Shown: piece by piece, positions 50,804 through 64,000 of the stretch
How positions within the stretch are numbered: the stretch's first letter is position 1
Layout: every line of letters starts with the position of its first letter
Assembly (NCBI GenBank): GCA_043228905.1
Contig: JBHGNT010000005.1
Span: forward strand, 21,576,001 to 21,640,000
Length of the DNA: 64,000 nucleotides
DNA from: Azolla caroliniana
Lineage: Eukaryota; Plantae; Polypodiophyta
Direction: 5' to 3'
Notes under the pieces: model-generated
What the model was told of the DNA's origin: nothing
The model's database searches: none
What the model saw: only the letters and a program-made list of their open reading frames with translations
Translations under genes and position numbers: made by a program

Positions 50804-53059
50804 ATGAATGATCCTCACGATATGGTGGCAAATGGGAACACCCAAATGGATCTCTCCAATCTTGACATCGACACCGACAGATTGCTACACCCAGAAGGTC
50901 GGAGGAACACCACAATGGACAGATCGGGGAGTTCACATGCGAGAGCGATGAATGATCTTCACGAAATGGAGGTGAACGGGAACACCCAAATGAATGATCT
51001 TCATGATATGGTGGCGAATGGGAACACCCGAACGGATCCCCCCAATCTCGACAATGAGACCGGGGGACTTCTACACTGGGTAGGTAGGAGGAACAACACA
51101 ATGGACAGATCGGGGAGGTTGCATTCAAGAGCAATGAATGATGTTCACAATATGGTGGCGACTGGGAACACCCAAATGAATGATGTTGACGATATGGTGG
51201 CGAATGGGAGCACCCGAACGGATCTCTCCAATCTCGATGATGACACCGGGGGACTTCTACACCGGGTAGGTCGGAGGAACAACACAGCATTGCATAGGGC
51301 CATCCTGAACCAGCAAAAGCACTTGGCTCAGTCCCTCGTGGAGCATGGCGCAAGCCTCACCGTTCTCAATGACAACGGAGACATGCCCATCACCTACTGC
51401 TCTAATGGTGAAATGTTCGAAATGCTGCTGCTCGCCGATAATGCATTTCTCCATAGGCCGGATCTGACTTGGAACACAGATTCCTTTGGCAGAAACATCC
51501 TCCATTATGCATCCTTGTACCTGAAGGAGGCTAGATCCATACCCCTCATCAGTAAATTGATCTCCATGGCAAGATCTGAGGATCTTCTCCGCAGAGATAA
51601 GGATGGAGCAACATTCTTGCGGGCAGCTGCCGAGTGTGGGAACACTAGAGTGGTTGAGGCACTCAAAGGGAGCATCATCCATGCCATCTATCCCCAAACA
51701 AAGAAGGCATTGATCAAGGGAGAGGTTGGGATGAGTGCCCTTATGCACGGCCATAGAGATTTCTTCGATCAACTGGTTGAATTGAGCAAGGTGTGCTCTG
51801 CCAATGTGCAGATCACTCTAGCCGACCTTGTGGAAAAGCTAAAAGAAGCAGCCCTCGAAAGACTCGAGGATGATGCAAGGAAGGACGTGACCATGAACAA
51901 AGATTCCATGAGACAGGAATTAGAGATGATTGGGAGTCCAAAAGGGCTTCCTACATATCTGGCTCTGTATGCTGAGAAATATGTGGTCTTCGAGTTTCTC
52001 CTGGAACGTGGACTCCTGACAGAGAATCAATGGGATGAGGAGTATAAGCGCACATGTCTACACTGGGCTGTGGTGCACAAGAGGGCAGACATAGTGGAGA
52101 AGCTCCTCAAATCACTGAATCTGAGGTCAAGCCCAGGGATGAAAGACGCAAAAGGGAAGACAGCACTGCAGATAGCATTTGAGGAGAACAACCAAGAAGC
52201 GATGGAGTTGCTGAGAGGAAGGCCGGCCTTCAAGGAGTACGAAGAGAAGCAGTTGAGAGACAGGGATGTGTATGTGCAGGCACTGAATGCAGTGCTGGTG
52301 GGAGCAGCGCTGATAGGGAGTGTGACCTTTGCTGGCTGGTTGCAGCTCCCATCACAGACGGCATTCCAGAGGCTGGAGATGAAGGTCTTCTGGGTGAGCA
52401 ATGGTGTGTCCTTCTACTCTGCTGTGGCAGCAATGTGCGTGGCCATAGCCGCCTTGCTGCCCACACCCACCAAGTATGTGGATGGCATCGCGAATCAGTT
52501 GAGGTCGGACCTGCTGCTGGCGACGCTCTTCTTGAAGCTCTCGCTGGTAGGCGTGGCCATAGCATTCGGGGGGGCCGGCTTCGCCGCTGCCGCCTCCTCC
52601 GCCTCACCGGAAAATGATTGTCCGGACGAATGCGGGGAGCTCTACCGGTGGCTCATGTGGGGCAGCACGATCCCCGGCGCGTGCTTTGTGGCCACCACGG
52701 TAGGCATCATTATGTATCGGTTGCTCGTGGACATGCTCCCCGTGGATAACATGCGGTGGTGGCGGCTCCTTGCCGGAGCCGAATCGCGCTCCACCTATGC
52801 GAACACCCACTTGAGGATGTACTACTTGGAGGACTTGGTGAGCCCCCAAAAGTTGTCTTCCGAGACCTTGCTATCAGCAAGAACACCATCAAGAAAATTC
52901 CTTGGGAAAGGTCTCACAGGTTATGATTTCCCTTCTAATAGGACTTCATTCCCTCCGTCCTTAGATGTCGGGATGGAGAATGACTATTCTACTACGAGAG
53001 CATCCCCACCATTCTCTCCATTCGTAGTTCATGAGGACGATTGGTCAGACTATTATTAA
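50804..53059 (+). CDS. Ankyrin-repeat transmembrane protein (ACD6/PGG-like architecture), intronless open frame of 751 aa from the first ATG
   Basis: ANK motifs NTALHRA, GRNILHYA, GATFLRAA, RTCLHWA, GKTALQIA; four hydrophobic C-terminal helices (LVGAALIGSVTFAGWLQLP...). ORF-track start at 50780 is GTG. Confidence 0.85.
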   Translation: MNDPHDMVANGNTQMDLSNLDIDTDRLLHPEGRRNTTMDRSGSSHARAMNDLHEMEVNGNTQMNDLHDMVANGNTRTDPPNLDNETGGLLHWVGRRNNTMDRSGRLHSRAMNDVHNMVATGNTQMNDVDDMVANGSTRTDLSNLDDDTGGLLHRVGRRNNTALHRAILNQQKHLAQSLVEHGASLTVLNDNGDMPITYCSNGEMFEMLLLADNAFLHRPDLTWNTDSFGRNILHYASLYLKEARSIPLISKLISMARSEDLLRRDKDGATFLRAAAECGNTRVVEALKGSIIHAIYPQTKKALIKGEVGMSALMHGHRDFFDQLVELSKVCSANVQITLADLVEKLKEAALERLEDDARKDVTMNKDSMRQELEMIGSPKGLPTYLALYAEKYVVFEFLLERGLLTENQWDEEYKRTCLHWAVVHKRADIVEKLLKSLNLRSSPGMKDAKGKTALQIAFEENNQEAMELLRGRPAFKEYEEKQLRDRDVYVQALNAVLVGAALIGSVTFAGWLQLPSQTAFQRLEMKVFWVSNGVSFYSAVAAMCVAIAALLPTPTKYVDGIANQLRSDLLLATLFLKLSLVGVAIAFGGAGFAAAASSASPENDCPDECGELYRWLMWGSTIPGACFVATTVGIIMYRLLVDMLPVDNMRWWRLLAGAESRSTYANTHLRMYYLEDLVSPQKLSSETLLSARTPSRKFLGKGLTGYDFPSNRTSFPPSLDVGMENDYSTTRASPPFSPFVVHEDDWSDYY

Positions 53060-56000
53060 TGTAAGCAATAATATTTTAGAGTACATATTAGAGAAGACAT
53101 TACCATGAATAAAAAAAGAACACACTGAAGGTTCACATGTAACTATTTATTCCAATAACCGTGAAGGTTCAGGTTCACTTGTAAGTGTTTTCCAAGATTG
53201 TACCTATATACATATCATCAATAAGAATAATTATTATGTCAGCGTGTTTTTTCCACATAAAAGCTTTGCTATGTGTAATAGCTTACATGGTATCAAAGCC
53301 AAAACAATCCTAGACATCCATTTTCTCTCCAAAGCTTCTCCACAGGTTGATCCGGAAGGGTCAATCCGGGAGGTCTACAAAAATGGCTTCGAGTGAAGGA
53401 ACGTCAACACTCTCAACAACAACAACATCAACAACACCTATGACAAGAAAGTATTTGATCAAAAAATTAAATGACAACAACTCTAGATGCAAGGCCTAAA
53501 ATCATCATGCATCTAACAGGCAACCAAGTCGTTCTCACCAAATACCTCGAGCCATCTAAAGAAATGTGGGATCTCCTTAAAGAATACCACAAACCATCAG
53601 ACAGAACCTCAACAATCCTTTCATTTCGTTACTTGGTCACTTTGGAAATGAAAGAAGATGACTCACTTGATGCCTTCATAAGCAAACATTCATATGCATA
53701 TGATAGAGCAATATCAACGGGCAATAAGATTGATGAAGAAATGAAGGTAGACATCATGTTTGGATCCTTACCAACTTTGCGGGGCCCATTCATAGTGATT
53801 CATGAAGTTGATCAAACACTTTCTCTACAAAATTTGATCTCGAAGATGAAGCAAGAAGATCTTCGAAGGAGAAAGCCTCAAAATGTGTAATAGCTTACAT
53901 GGTATCAAAGCCAAAACAATCCTAGACATCCATTTTCTCTCCAAAGCTTCTCCACAGGTTGATCCGGAAGGGTCAATCCGGGAGGTCTACAAAAATGGCT
54001 TCGAGTGAAGGAACGTCAACACTCTCAACAACAACAACATCAACAACACCTATGACAAGAAAGTATTTGATCAAAAAATTAAATGACAACAACTCTAGAT
54101 GCAAGGCCTAAAATCATCATGCATCTAACAGGCAACCAAGTCGTTCTCACCAAATACCTCGAGCCATCTAAAGAAATGTGGGATCTCCTTAAAGAATACC
54201 ACAAACCATCAGACAGAACCTCAACAATCCTTTCATTTCGTTACTTGGTCACTTTGGAAATGAAAGAAGATGACTCACTTGATGCCTTCATAAGCAAACA
54301 TTCATATGCATATGATAGAGCAATATCAACGGGCAATAAGATTGATGAAGAAATGAAGGTAGACATCATGTTTGGATCCTTACCAACTTTGCGGGGCCCA
54401 TTCATAGTGATTCATGAAGTTGATCAAACACTTTCTCTACAAAATTTGATCTCGAAGATGAAGCAAGAAGATCTTCGAAGGAGAAAGCCTCAAAATGTGT
54501 AATAGCTTACATGGTATCAAAGCCAAAACAATCCTAGACATCCATTTTCTCTCCAAAGCTTCTCCACAGGTTGATCCGGAAGGGTCAATCCGGGAGGTCT
54601 ACAAAAATGGCTTCGAGTGAAGGAACGTCAACACTCTCAACAACAACAACATCAACAACACCTATGACAAGAAAGTATTTGATCAAAAAATTAAATGACA
54701 ACAACTCTAGATGCAAGGCCTAAAATCATCATGCATCTAACAGGCAACCAAGTCGTTCTCACCAAATACCTCGAGCCATCTAAAGAAATGTGGGATCTCC
54801 TTAAAGAATACCACAAACCATCAGACAGAACCTCAACAATCCTTTCATTTCGTTACTTGGTCACTTTGGAAATGAAAGAAGATGACTCACTTGATGCCTT
54901 CATAAGCAAACATTCATATGCATATGATAGAGCAATATCAACGGGCAATAAGATTGATGAAGAAATGAAGGTAGACATCATGTTTGGATCCTTACCAACT
55001 TTGCGGGGCCCATTCATAGTGATTCATGAAGTTGATCAAACACTTTCTCTACAAAATTTGATCTCGAAGATGAAGCAAGAAGATCTTCGAAGGAGAAAGC
55101 CTCAAAATGTGTAATAGCTTACATGGTATCAAAGCCAAAACAATCCTAGACATCCATTTTCTCTCCAAAGCTTCTCCACAGGTTGATCCGGAAGGGTCAA
55201 TCCGGGAGGTCTACAAAAATGGCTTCGAGTGAAGGAACGTCAACACTCTCAACAACAACAACATCAACAACACCTATGACAAGAAAGTATTTGATCAAAA
55301 AATTAAATGACAACAACTCTAGATGCAAGGCCTAAAATCATCATGCATCTAACAGGCAACCAAGTCGTTCTCACCAAATACCTCGAGCCATCTAAAGAAA
55401 TGTGGGATCTCCTTAAAGAATACCACAAACCATCAGACAGAACCTCAACAATCCTTTCATTTCGTTACTTGGTCACTTTGGAAATGAAAGAAGATGACTC
55501 ACTTGATGCCTTCATAAGCAAACATTCATATGCATATGATAGAGCAATATCAACGGGCAATAAGATTGATGAAGAAATGAAGGTAGACATCATGTTTGGA
55601 TCCTTACCAACTTTGCGGGGCCCATTCATAGTGATTCATGAAGTTGATCAAACACTTTCTCTACAAAATTTGATCTCGAAGATGAAGCAAGAAGATCTTC
55701 GAAGGAGAAAGCCTCAAAATGTGTAATAGCTTACATGGTATCAAAGCCAAAACAATCCTAGACATCCATTTTCTCTCCAAAGCTTCTCCACAGGTTGATC
55801 CGGAAGGGTCAATCCGGGAGGTCTACAAAAATGGCTTCGAGTGAAGGAACGTCAACACTCTCAACAACAACAACATCAACAACACCTATGACAAGAAAGT
55901 ATTTGATCAAAAAATTAAATGACAACAACTCTAGATGCAAGGCCTAAAATCATCATGCATCTAACAGGCAACCAAGTCGTTCTCACCAAATACCTCGAGC

Positions 56001-59000
56001 CATCTAAAGAAATGTGGGATCTCCTTAAAGAATACCACAAACCATCAGACAGAACCTCAACAATCCTTTCATTTCGTTACTTGGTCACTTTGGAAATGAA
56101 AGAAGATGACTCACTTGATGCCTTCATAAGCAAACATTCATATGCATATGATAGAGCAATATCAACGGGCAATAAGATTGATGAAGAAATGAAGGTAGAC
56201 ATCATGTTTGGATCCTTACCAACTTTGCGGGGCCCATTCATAGTGATTCATGAAGTTGATCAAACACTTTCTCTACAAAATTTGATCTCGAAGATGAAGC
56301 AAGAAGATCTTCGAAGGAGAAAGCCTCAAAATGTGTAATAGCTTACATGGTATCAAAGCCAAAACAATCCTAGACATCCATTTTCTCTCCAAAGCTTCTC
56401 CACAGGTTGATCCGGAAGGGTCAATCCGGGAGGTCTACAAAAATGGCTTCGAGTGAAGGAACGTCAACACTCTCAACAACAACAACATCAACAACACCTA
56501 TGACAAGAAAGTATTTGATCAAAAAATTAAATGACAACAACTCTAGATGCAAGGCCTAAAATCATCATGCATCTAACAGGCAACCAAGTCGTTCTCACCA
56601 AATACCTCGAGCCATCTAAAGAAATGTGGGATCTCCTTAAAGAATACCACAAACCATCAGACAGAACCTCAACAATCCTTTCATTTCGTTACTTGGTCAC
56701 TTTGGAAATGAAAGAAGATGACTCACTTGATGCCTTCATAAGCAAACATTCATATGCATATGATAGAGCAATATCAACGGGCAATAAGATTGATGAAGAA
56801 ATGAAGGTAGACATCATGTTTGGATCCTTACCAACTTTGCGGGGCCCATTCATAGTGATTCATGAAGTTGATCAAACACTTTCTCTACAAAATTTGATCT
56901 CGAAGATGAAGCAAGAAGATCTTCGAAGGAGAAAGCCTCAAAATGTGTAATAGCTTACATGGTATCAAAGCCAAAACAATCCTAGACATCCATTTTCTCT
57001 CCAAAGCTTCTCCACAGGTTGATCCGGAAGGGTCAATCCGGGAGGTCTACAAAAATGGCTTCGAGTGAAGGAACGTCAACACTCTCAACAACAACAACAT
57101 CAACAACACCTATGACAAGAAAGTATTTGATCAAAAAATTAAATGACAACAACTCTAGATGCAAGGCCTAAAATCATCATGCATCTAACAGGCAACCAAG
57201 TCGTTCTCACCAAATACCTCGAGCCATCTAAAGAAATGTGGGATCTCCTTAAAGAATACCACAAACCATCAGACAGAACCTCAACAATCCTTTCATTTCG
57301 TTACTTGGTCACTTTGGAAATGAAAGAAGATGACTCACTTGATGCCTTCATAAGCAAACATTCATATGCATATGATAGAGCAATATCAACGGGCAATAAG
57401 ATTGATGAAGAAATGAAGGTAGACATCATGTTTGGATCCTTACCAACTTTGCGGGGCCCATTCATAGTGATTCATGAAGTTGATCAAACACTTTCTCTAC
57501 AAAATTTGATCTCGAAGATGAAGCAAGAAGATCTTCGAAGGAGAAAGCCTCAAAATGTGTAATAGCTTACATGGTATCAAAGCCAAAACAATCCTAGACA
57601 TCCATTTTCTCTCCAAAGCTTCTCCACAGGTTGATCCGGAAGGGTCAATCCGGGAGGTCTACAAAAATGGCTTCGAGTGAAGGAACGTCAACACTCTCAA
57701 CAACAACAACATCAACAACACCTATGACAAGAAAGTATTTGATCAAAAAATTAAATGACAACAACTCTAGATGCAAGGCCTAAAATCATCATGCATCTAA
57801 CAGGCAACCAAGTCGTTCTCACCAAATACCTCGAGCCATCTAAAGAAATGTGGGATCTCCTTAAAGAATACCACAAACCATCAGACAGAACCTCAACAAT
57901 CCTTTCATTTCGTTACTTGGTCACTTTGGAAATGAAAGAAGATGACTCACTTGATGCCTTCATAAGCAAACATTCATATGCATATGATAGAGCAATATCA
58001 ACGGGCAATAAGATTGATGAAGAAATGAAGGTAGACATCATGTTTGGATCCTTACCAACTTTGCGGGGCCCATTCATAGTGATTCATGAAGTTGATCAAA
58101 CACTTTCTCTACAAAATTTGATCTCGAAGATGAAGCAAGAAGATCTTCGAAGGAGAAAGCCTCAAAATGTGTAATAGCTTACATGGTATCAAAGCCAAAA
58201 CAATCCTAGACATCCATTTTCTCTCCAAAGCTTCTCCACAGGTTGATCCGGAAGGGTCAATCCGGGAGGTCTACAAAAATGGCTTCGAGTGAAGGAACGT
58301 CAACACTCTCAACAACAACAACATCAACAACACCTATGACAAGAAAGTATTTGATCAAAAAATTAAATGACAACAACTCTAGATGCAAGGCCTAAAATCA
58401 TCATGCATCTAACAGGCAACCAAGTCGTTCTCACCAAATACCTCGAGCCATCTAAAGAAATGTGGGATCTCCTTAAAGAATACCACAAACCATCAGACAG
58501 AACCTCAACAATCCTTTCATTTCGTTACTTGGTCACTTTGGAAATGAAAGAAGATGACTCACTTGATGCCTTCATAAGCAAACATTCATATGCATATGAT
58601 AGAGCAATATCAACGGGCAATAAGATTGATGAAGAAATGAAGGTAGACATCATGTTTGGATCCTTACCAACTTTGCGGGGCCCATTCATAGTGATTCATG
58701 AAGTTGATCAAACACTTTCTCTACAAAATTTGATCTCGAAGATGAAGCAAGAAGATCTTCGAAGGAGAAAGCCTCAAAATGTGTAATAGCTTACATGGTA
58801 TCAAAGCCAAAACAATCCTAGACATCCATTTTCTCTCCAAAGCTTCTCCACAGGTTGATCCGGAAGGGTCAATCCGGGAGGTCTACAAAAATGGCTTCGA
58901 GTGAAGGAACGTCAACACTCTCAACAACAACAACATCAACAACACCTATGACAAGAAAGTATTTGATCAAAAAATTAAATGACAACAACTCTAGATGCAA

Positions 59001-62000
59001 GGCCTAAAATCATCATGCATCTAACAGGCAACCAAGTCGTTCTCACCAAATACCTCGAGCCATCTAAAGAAATGTGGGATCTCCTTAAAGAATACCACAA
59101 ACCATCAGACAGAACCTCAACAATCCTTTCATTTCGTTACTTGGTCACTTTGGAAATGAAAGAAGATGACTCACTTGATGCCTTCATAAGCAAACATTCA
59201 TATGCATATGATAGAGCAATATCAACGGGCAATAAGATTGATGAAGAAATGAAGGTAGACATCATGTTTGGATCCTTACCAACTTTGCGGGGCCCATTCA
59301 TAGTGATTCATGAAGTTGATCAAACACTTTCTCTACAAAATTTGATCTCGAAGATGAAGCAAGAAGATCTTCGAAGGAGAAAGCCTCAAAATGTGTAATA
59401 GCTTACATGGTATCAAAGCCAAAACAATCCTAGACATCCATTTTCTCTCCAAAGCTTCTCCACAGGTTGATCCGGAAGGGTCAATCCGGGAGGTCTACAA
59501 AAATGGCTTCGAGTGAAGGAACGTCAACACTCTCAACAACAACAACATCAACAACACCTATGACAAGAAAGTATTTGATCAAAAAATTAAATGACAACAA
59601 CTCTAGATGCAAGGCCTAAAATCATCATGCATCTAACAGGCAACCAAGTCGTTCTCACCAAATACCTCGAGCCATCTAAAGAAATGTGGGATCTCCTTAA
59701 AGAATACCACAAACCATCAGACAGAACCTCAACAATCCTTTCATTTCGTTACTTGGTCACTTTGGAAATGAAAGAAGATGACTCACTTGATGCCTTCATA
59801 AGCAAACATTCATATGCATATGATAGAGCAATATCAACGGGCAATAAGATTGATGAAGAAATGAAGGTAGACATCATGTTTGGATCCTTACCAACTTTGC
59901 GGGGCCCATTCATAGTGATTCATGAAGTTGATCAAACACTTTCTCTACAAAATTTGATCTCGAAGATGAAGCAAGAAGATCTTCGAAGGAGAAAGCCTCA
60001 AAATGTGTAATAGCTTACATGGTATCAAAGCCAAAACAATCCTAGACATCCATTTTCTCTCCAAAGCTTCTCCACAGGTTGATCCGGAAGGGTCAATCCG
60101 GGAGGTCTACAAAAATGGCTTCGAGTGAAGGAACGTCAACACTCTCAACAACAACAACATCAACAACACCTATGACAAGAAAGTATTTGATCAAAAAATT
60201 AAATGACAACAACTCTAGATGCAAGGCCTAAAATCATCATGCATCTAACAGGCAACCAAGTCGTTCTCACCAAATACCTCGAGCCATCTAAAGAAATGTG
60301 GGATCTCCTTAAAGAATACCACAAACCATCAGACAGAACCTCAACAATCCTTTCATTTCGTTACTTGGTCACTTTGGAAATGAAAGAAGATGACTCACTT
60401 GATGCCTTCATAAGCAAACATTCATATGCATATGATAGAGCAATATCAACGGGCAATAAGATTGATGAAGAAATGAAGGTAGACATCATGTTTGGATCCT
60501 TACCAACTTTGCGGGGCCCATTCATAGTGATTCATGAAGTTGATCAAACACTTTCTCTACAAAATTTGATCTCGAAGATGAAGCAAGAAGATCTTCGAAG
60601 GAGAAAGCCTCAAAATGTGTAATAGCTTACATGGTATCAAAGCCAAAACAATCCTAGACATCCATTTTCTCTCCAAAGCTTCTCCACAGGTTGATCCGGA
60701 AGGGTCAATCCGGGAGGTCTACAAAAATGGCTTCGAGTGAAGGAACGTCAACACTCTCAACAACAACAACATCAACAACACCTATGACAAGAAAGTATTT
60801 GATCAAAAAATTAAATGACAACAACTCTAGATGCAAGGCCTAAAATCATCATGCATCTAACAGGCAACCAAGTCGTTCTCACCAAATACCTCGAGCCATC
60901 TAAAGAAATGTGGGATCTCCTTAAAGAATACCACAAACCATCAGACAGAACCTCAACAATCCTTTCATTTCGTTACTTGGTCACTTTGGAAATGAAAGAA
61001 GATGACTCACTTGATGCCTTCATAAGCAAACATTCATATGCATATGATAGAGCAATATCAACGGGCAATAAGATTGATGAAGAAATGAAGGTAGACATCA
61101 TGTTTGGATCCTTACCAACTTTGCGGGGCCCATTCATAGTGATTCATGAAGTTGATCAAACACTTTCTCTACAAAATTTGATCTCGAAGATGAAGCAAGA
61201 AGATCTTCGAAGGAGAAAGCCTCAAAATGTGTAATAGCTTACATGGTATCAAAGCCAAAACAATCCTAGACATCCATTTTCTCTCCAAAGCTTCTCCACA
61301 GGTTGATCCGGAAGGGTCAATCCGGGAGGTCTACAAAAATGGCTTCGAGTGAAGGAACGTCAACACTCTCAACAACAACAACATCAACAACACCTATGAC
61401 AAGAAAGTATTTGATCAAAAAATTAAATGACAACAACTCTAGATGCAAGGCCTAAAATCATCATGCATCTAACAGGCAACCAAGTCGTTCTCACCAAATA
61501 CCTCGAGCCATCTAAAGAAATGTGGGATCTCCTTAAAGAATACCACAAACCATCAGACAGAACCTCAACAATCCTTTCATTTCGTTACTTGGTCACTTTG
61601 GAAATGAAAGAAGATGACTCACTTGATGCCTTCATAAGCAAACATTCATATGCATATGATAGAGCAATATCAACGGGCAATAAGATTGATGAAGAAATGA
61701 AGGTAGACATCATGTTTGGATCCTTACCAACTTTGCGGGGCCCATTCATAGTGATTCATGAAGTTGATCAAACACTTTCTCTACAAAATTTGATCTCGAA
61801 GATGAAGCAAGAAGATCTTCGAAGGAGAAAGCCTCAAAATGTGTAATAGCTTACATGGTATCAAAGCCAAAACAATCCTAGACATCCATTTTCTCTCCAA
61901 AGCTTCTCCACAGGTTGATCCGGAAGGGTCAATCCGGGAGGTCTACAAAAATGGCTTCGAGTGAAGGAACGTCAACACTCTCAACAACAACAACATCAAC

Positions 62001-64000
62001 AACACCTATGACAAGAAAGTATTTGATCAAAAAATTAAATGACAACAACTCTAGATGCAAGGCCTAAAATCATCATGCATCTAACAGGCAACCAAGTCGT
62101 TCTCACCAAATACCTCGAGCCATCTAAAGAAATGTGGGATCTCCTTAAAGAATACCACAAACCATCAGACAGAACCTCAACAATCCTTTCATTTCGTTAC
62201 TTGGTCACTTTGGAAATGAAAGAAGATGACTCACTTGATGCCTTCATAAGCAAACATTCATATGCATATGATAGAGCAATATCAACGGGCAATAAGATTG
62301 ATGAAGAAATGAAGGTAGACATCATGTTTGGATCCTTACCAACTTTGCGGGGCCCATTCATAGTGATTCATGAAGTTGATCAAACACTTTCTCTACAAAA
62401 TTTGATCTCGAAGATGAAGCAAGAAGATCTTCGAAGGAGAAAGCCTCAAAATGTGTAATAGCTTACATGGTATCAAAGCCAAAACAATCCTAGACATCCA
62501 TTTTCTCTCCAAAGCTTCTCCACAGGTTGATCCGGAAGGGTCAATCCGGGAGGTCTACAAAAATGGCTTCGAGTGAAGGAACGTCAACACTCTCAACAAC
62601 AACAACATCAACAACACCTATGACAAGAAAGTATTTGATCAAAAAATTAAATGACAACAACTCTAGATGCAAGGCCTAAAATCATCATGCATCTAACAGG
62701 CAACCAAGTCGTTCTCACCAAATACCTCGAGCCATCTAAAGAAATGTGGGATCTCCTTAAAGAATACCACAAACCATCAGACAGAACCTCAACAATCCTT
62801 TCATTTCGTTACTTGGTCACTTTGGAAATGAAAGAAGATGACTCACTTGATGCCTTCATAAGCAAACATTCATATGCATATGATAGAGCAATATCAACGG
62901 GCAATAAGATTGATGAAGAAATGAAGGTAGACATCATGTTTGGATCCTTACCAACTTTGCGGGGCCCATTCATAGTGATTCATGAAGTTGATCAAACACT
63001 TTCTCTACAAAATTTGATCTCGAAGATGAAGCAAGAAGATCTTCGAAGGAGAAAGCCTCAAAATGTGTAATAGCTTACATGGTATCAAAGCCAAAACAAT
63101 CCTAGACATCCATTTTCTCTCCAAAGCTTCTCCACAGGTTGATCCGGAAGGGTCAATCCGGGAGGTCTACAAAAATGGCTTCGAGTGAAGGAACGTCAAC
63201 ACTCTCAACAACAACAACATCAACAACACCTATGACAAGAAAGTATTTGATCAAAAAATTAAATGACAACAACTCTAGATGCAAGGCCTAAAATCATCAT
63301 GCATCTAACAGGCAACCAAGTCGTTCTCACCAAATACCTCGAGCCATCTAAAGAAATGTGGGATCTCCTTAAAGAATACCACAAACCATCAGACAGAACC
63401 TCAACAATCCTTTCATTTCGTTACTTGGTCACTTTGGAAATGAAAGAAGATGACTCACTTGATGCCTTCATAAGCAAACATTCATATGCATATGATAGAG
63501 CAATATCAACGGGCAATAAGATTGATGAAGAAATGAAGGTAGACATCATGTTTGGATCCTTACCAACTTTGCGGGGCCCATTCATAGTGATTCATGAAGT
63601 TGATCAAACACTTTCTCTACAAAATTTGATCTCGAAGATGAAGCAAGAAGATCTTCGAAGGAGAAAGCCTCAAAATGTCTCAGACAACCCATACATGGCA
63701 ATGATTGTTGCAATGAAGTATCTAAGAGGTAACTTTAATAGAAACAAATTCTAAAACAATAATAAGTACACAATGAACATACCTTTATACATGATAGAAA
63801 CAAGTTCTAGAATAAAAAATCAGGTGCCCTTAGTATTTCCTCTCAAATCATTTGCAGATGTTGTGGTAAGGCGAGTCACATGAAAAGAGATTGCAAAAAT
63901 TAGCAATACGATTACAGGAATAAGAATGTTTGCATAGCCTCCATTCAAAACCAATAAGAAAATAATGACCCTTTTATCCAAGCATTTATGGCAACCAAAC
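53060..64000 (+). mobile_element. Copia J: 228-bp 5' LTR, tRNA-Met PBS and degenerate gag, running out of the window
   Basis: LTR 53060-53287 with TGTAAGC...GCTTACA inverted ends; PBS TGGTATCAAAGCC at 53288-53300; UBN2-type gag; zinc knuckle CRCCGKASHMKRDC at ~63852-63893. Confidence 0.88.
53271..63678 (+). repeat. 17 tandem, apparently identical 612-bp units (LTR 3' end + PBS + leader + partial gag)
   Basis: ORF starts recur every 612 bp from 53471 to 63263 with the same translation; unit junction falls at the 4-bp microhomology ATGT (53271 and 63675). Confidence 0.97.

Noticed and set aside
50736-52849. Minus-strand ORFs overlapping the ankyrin gene
   Set aside because: They are antisense shadows of a GC-rich, repetitive CDS and show no recognisable motifs.
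53471-63754. Tandem family of 17 host genes
   Set aside because: The ORF is an internal Copia gag fragment next to a PBS; no independent promoter per unit is evident.

Overview
Repeat-rich eukaryotic DNA, most likely a land plant; the retroelement lineages suggest a fern or other seed-free plant (inference). 1-32902 is a nest of LTR retrotransposons up to four deep: a Copia backbone carrying two non-chromoviral Ty3/Gypsy elements, a Ty3-type element, a self-priming chromovirus and solo LTRs, most with readable TSDs. 32914-42861 is a complete 9948-bp cut-and-paste DNA transposon (36-bp TIRs, TAGA TSD) and the highlight of the window. It carries a Sola/DUF7869-like DDD transposase on + and, divergently on -, a six-exon gene reconstructing to a ~974-aa ParB/Srx-like plus prokaryotic beta-class amino (N6A/N4C) DNA methyltransferase. 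Intron 1 of that gene holds seven phased palindromes at 51-bp spacing. This copy is decayed (nonsense mutations, one solo-LTR insertion). 42.9-49.6 kb holds Copia/LINE fragments and relics of an ankyrin-TM paralog. 50804-53059 is an intact ankyrin-transmembrane ORF. A Copia LTR starts directly after its stop codon, and its U5-PBS-gag segment is amplified into 17 apparently identical 612-bp units. All coordinates were read by eye; family assignments come from motif recognition, not database searches.
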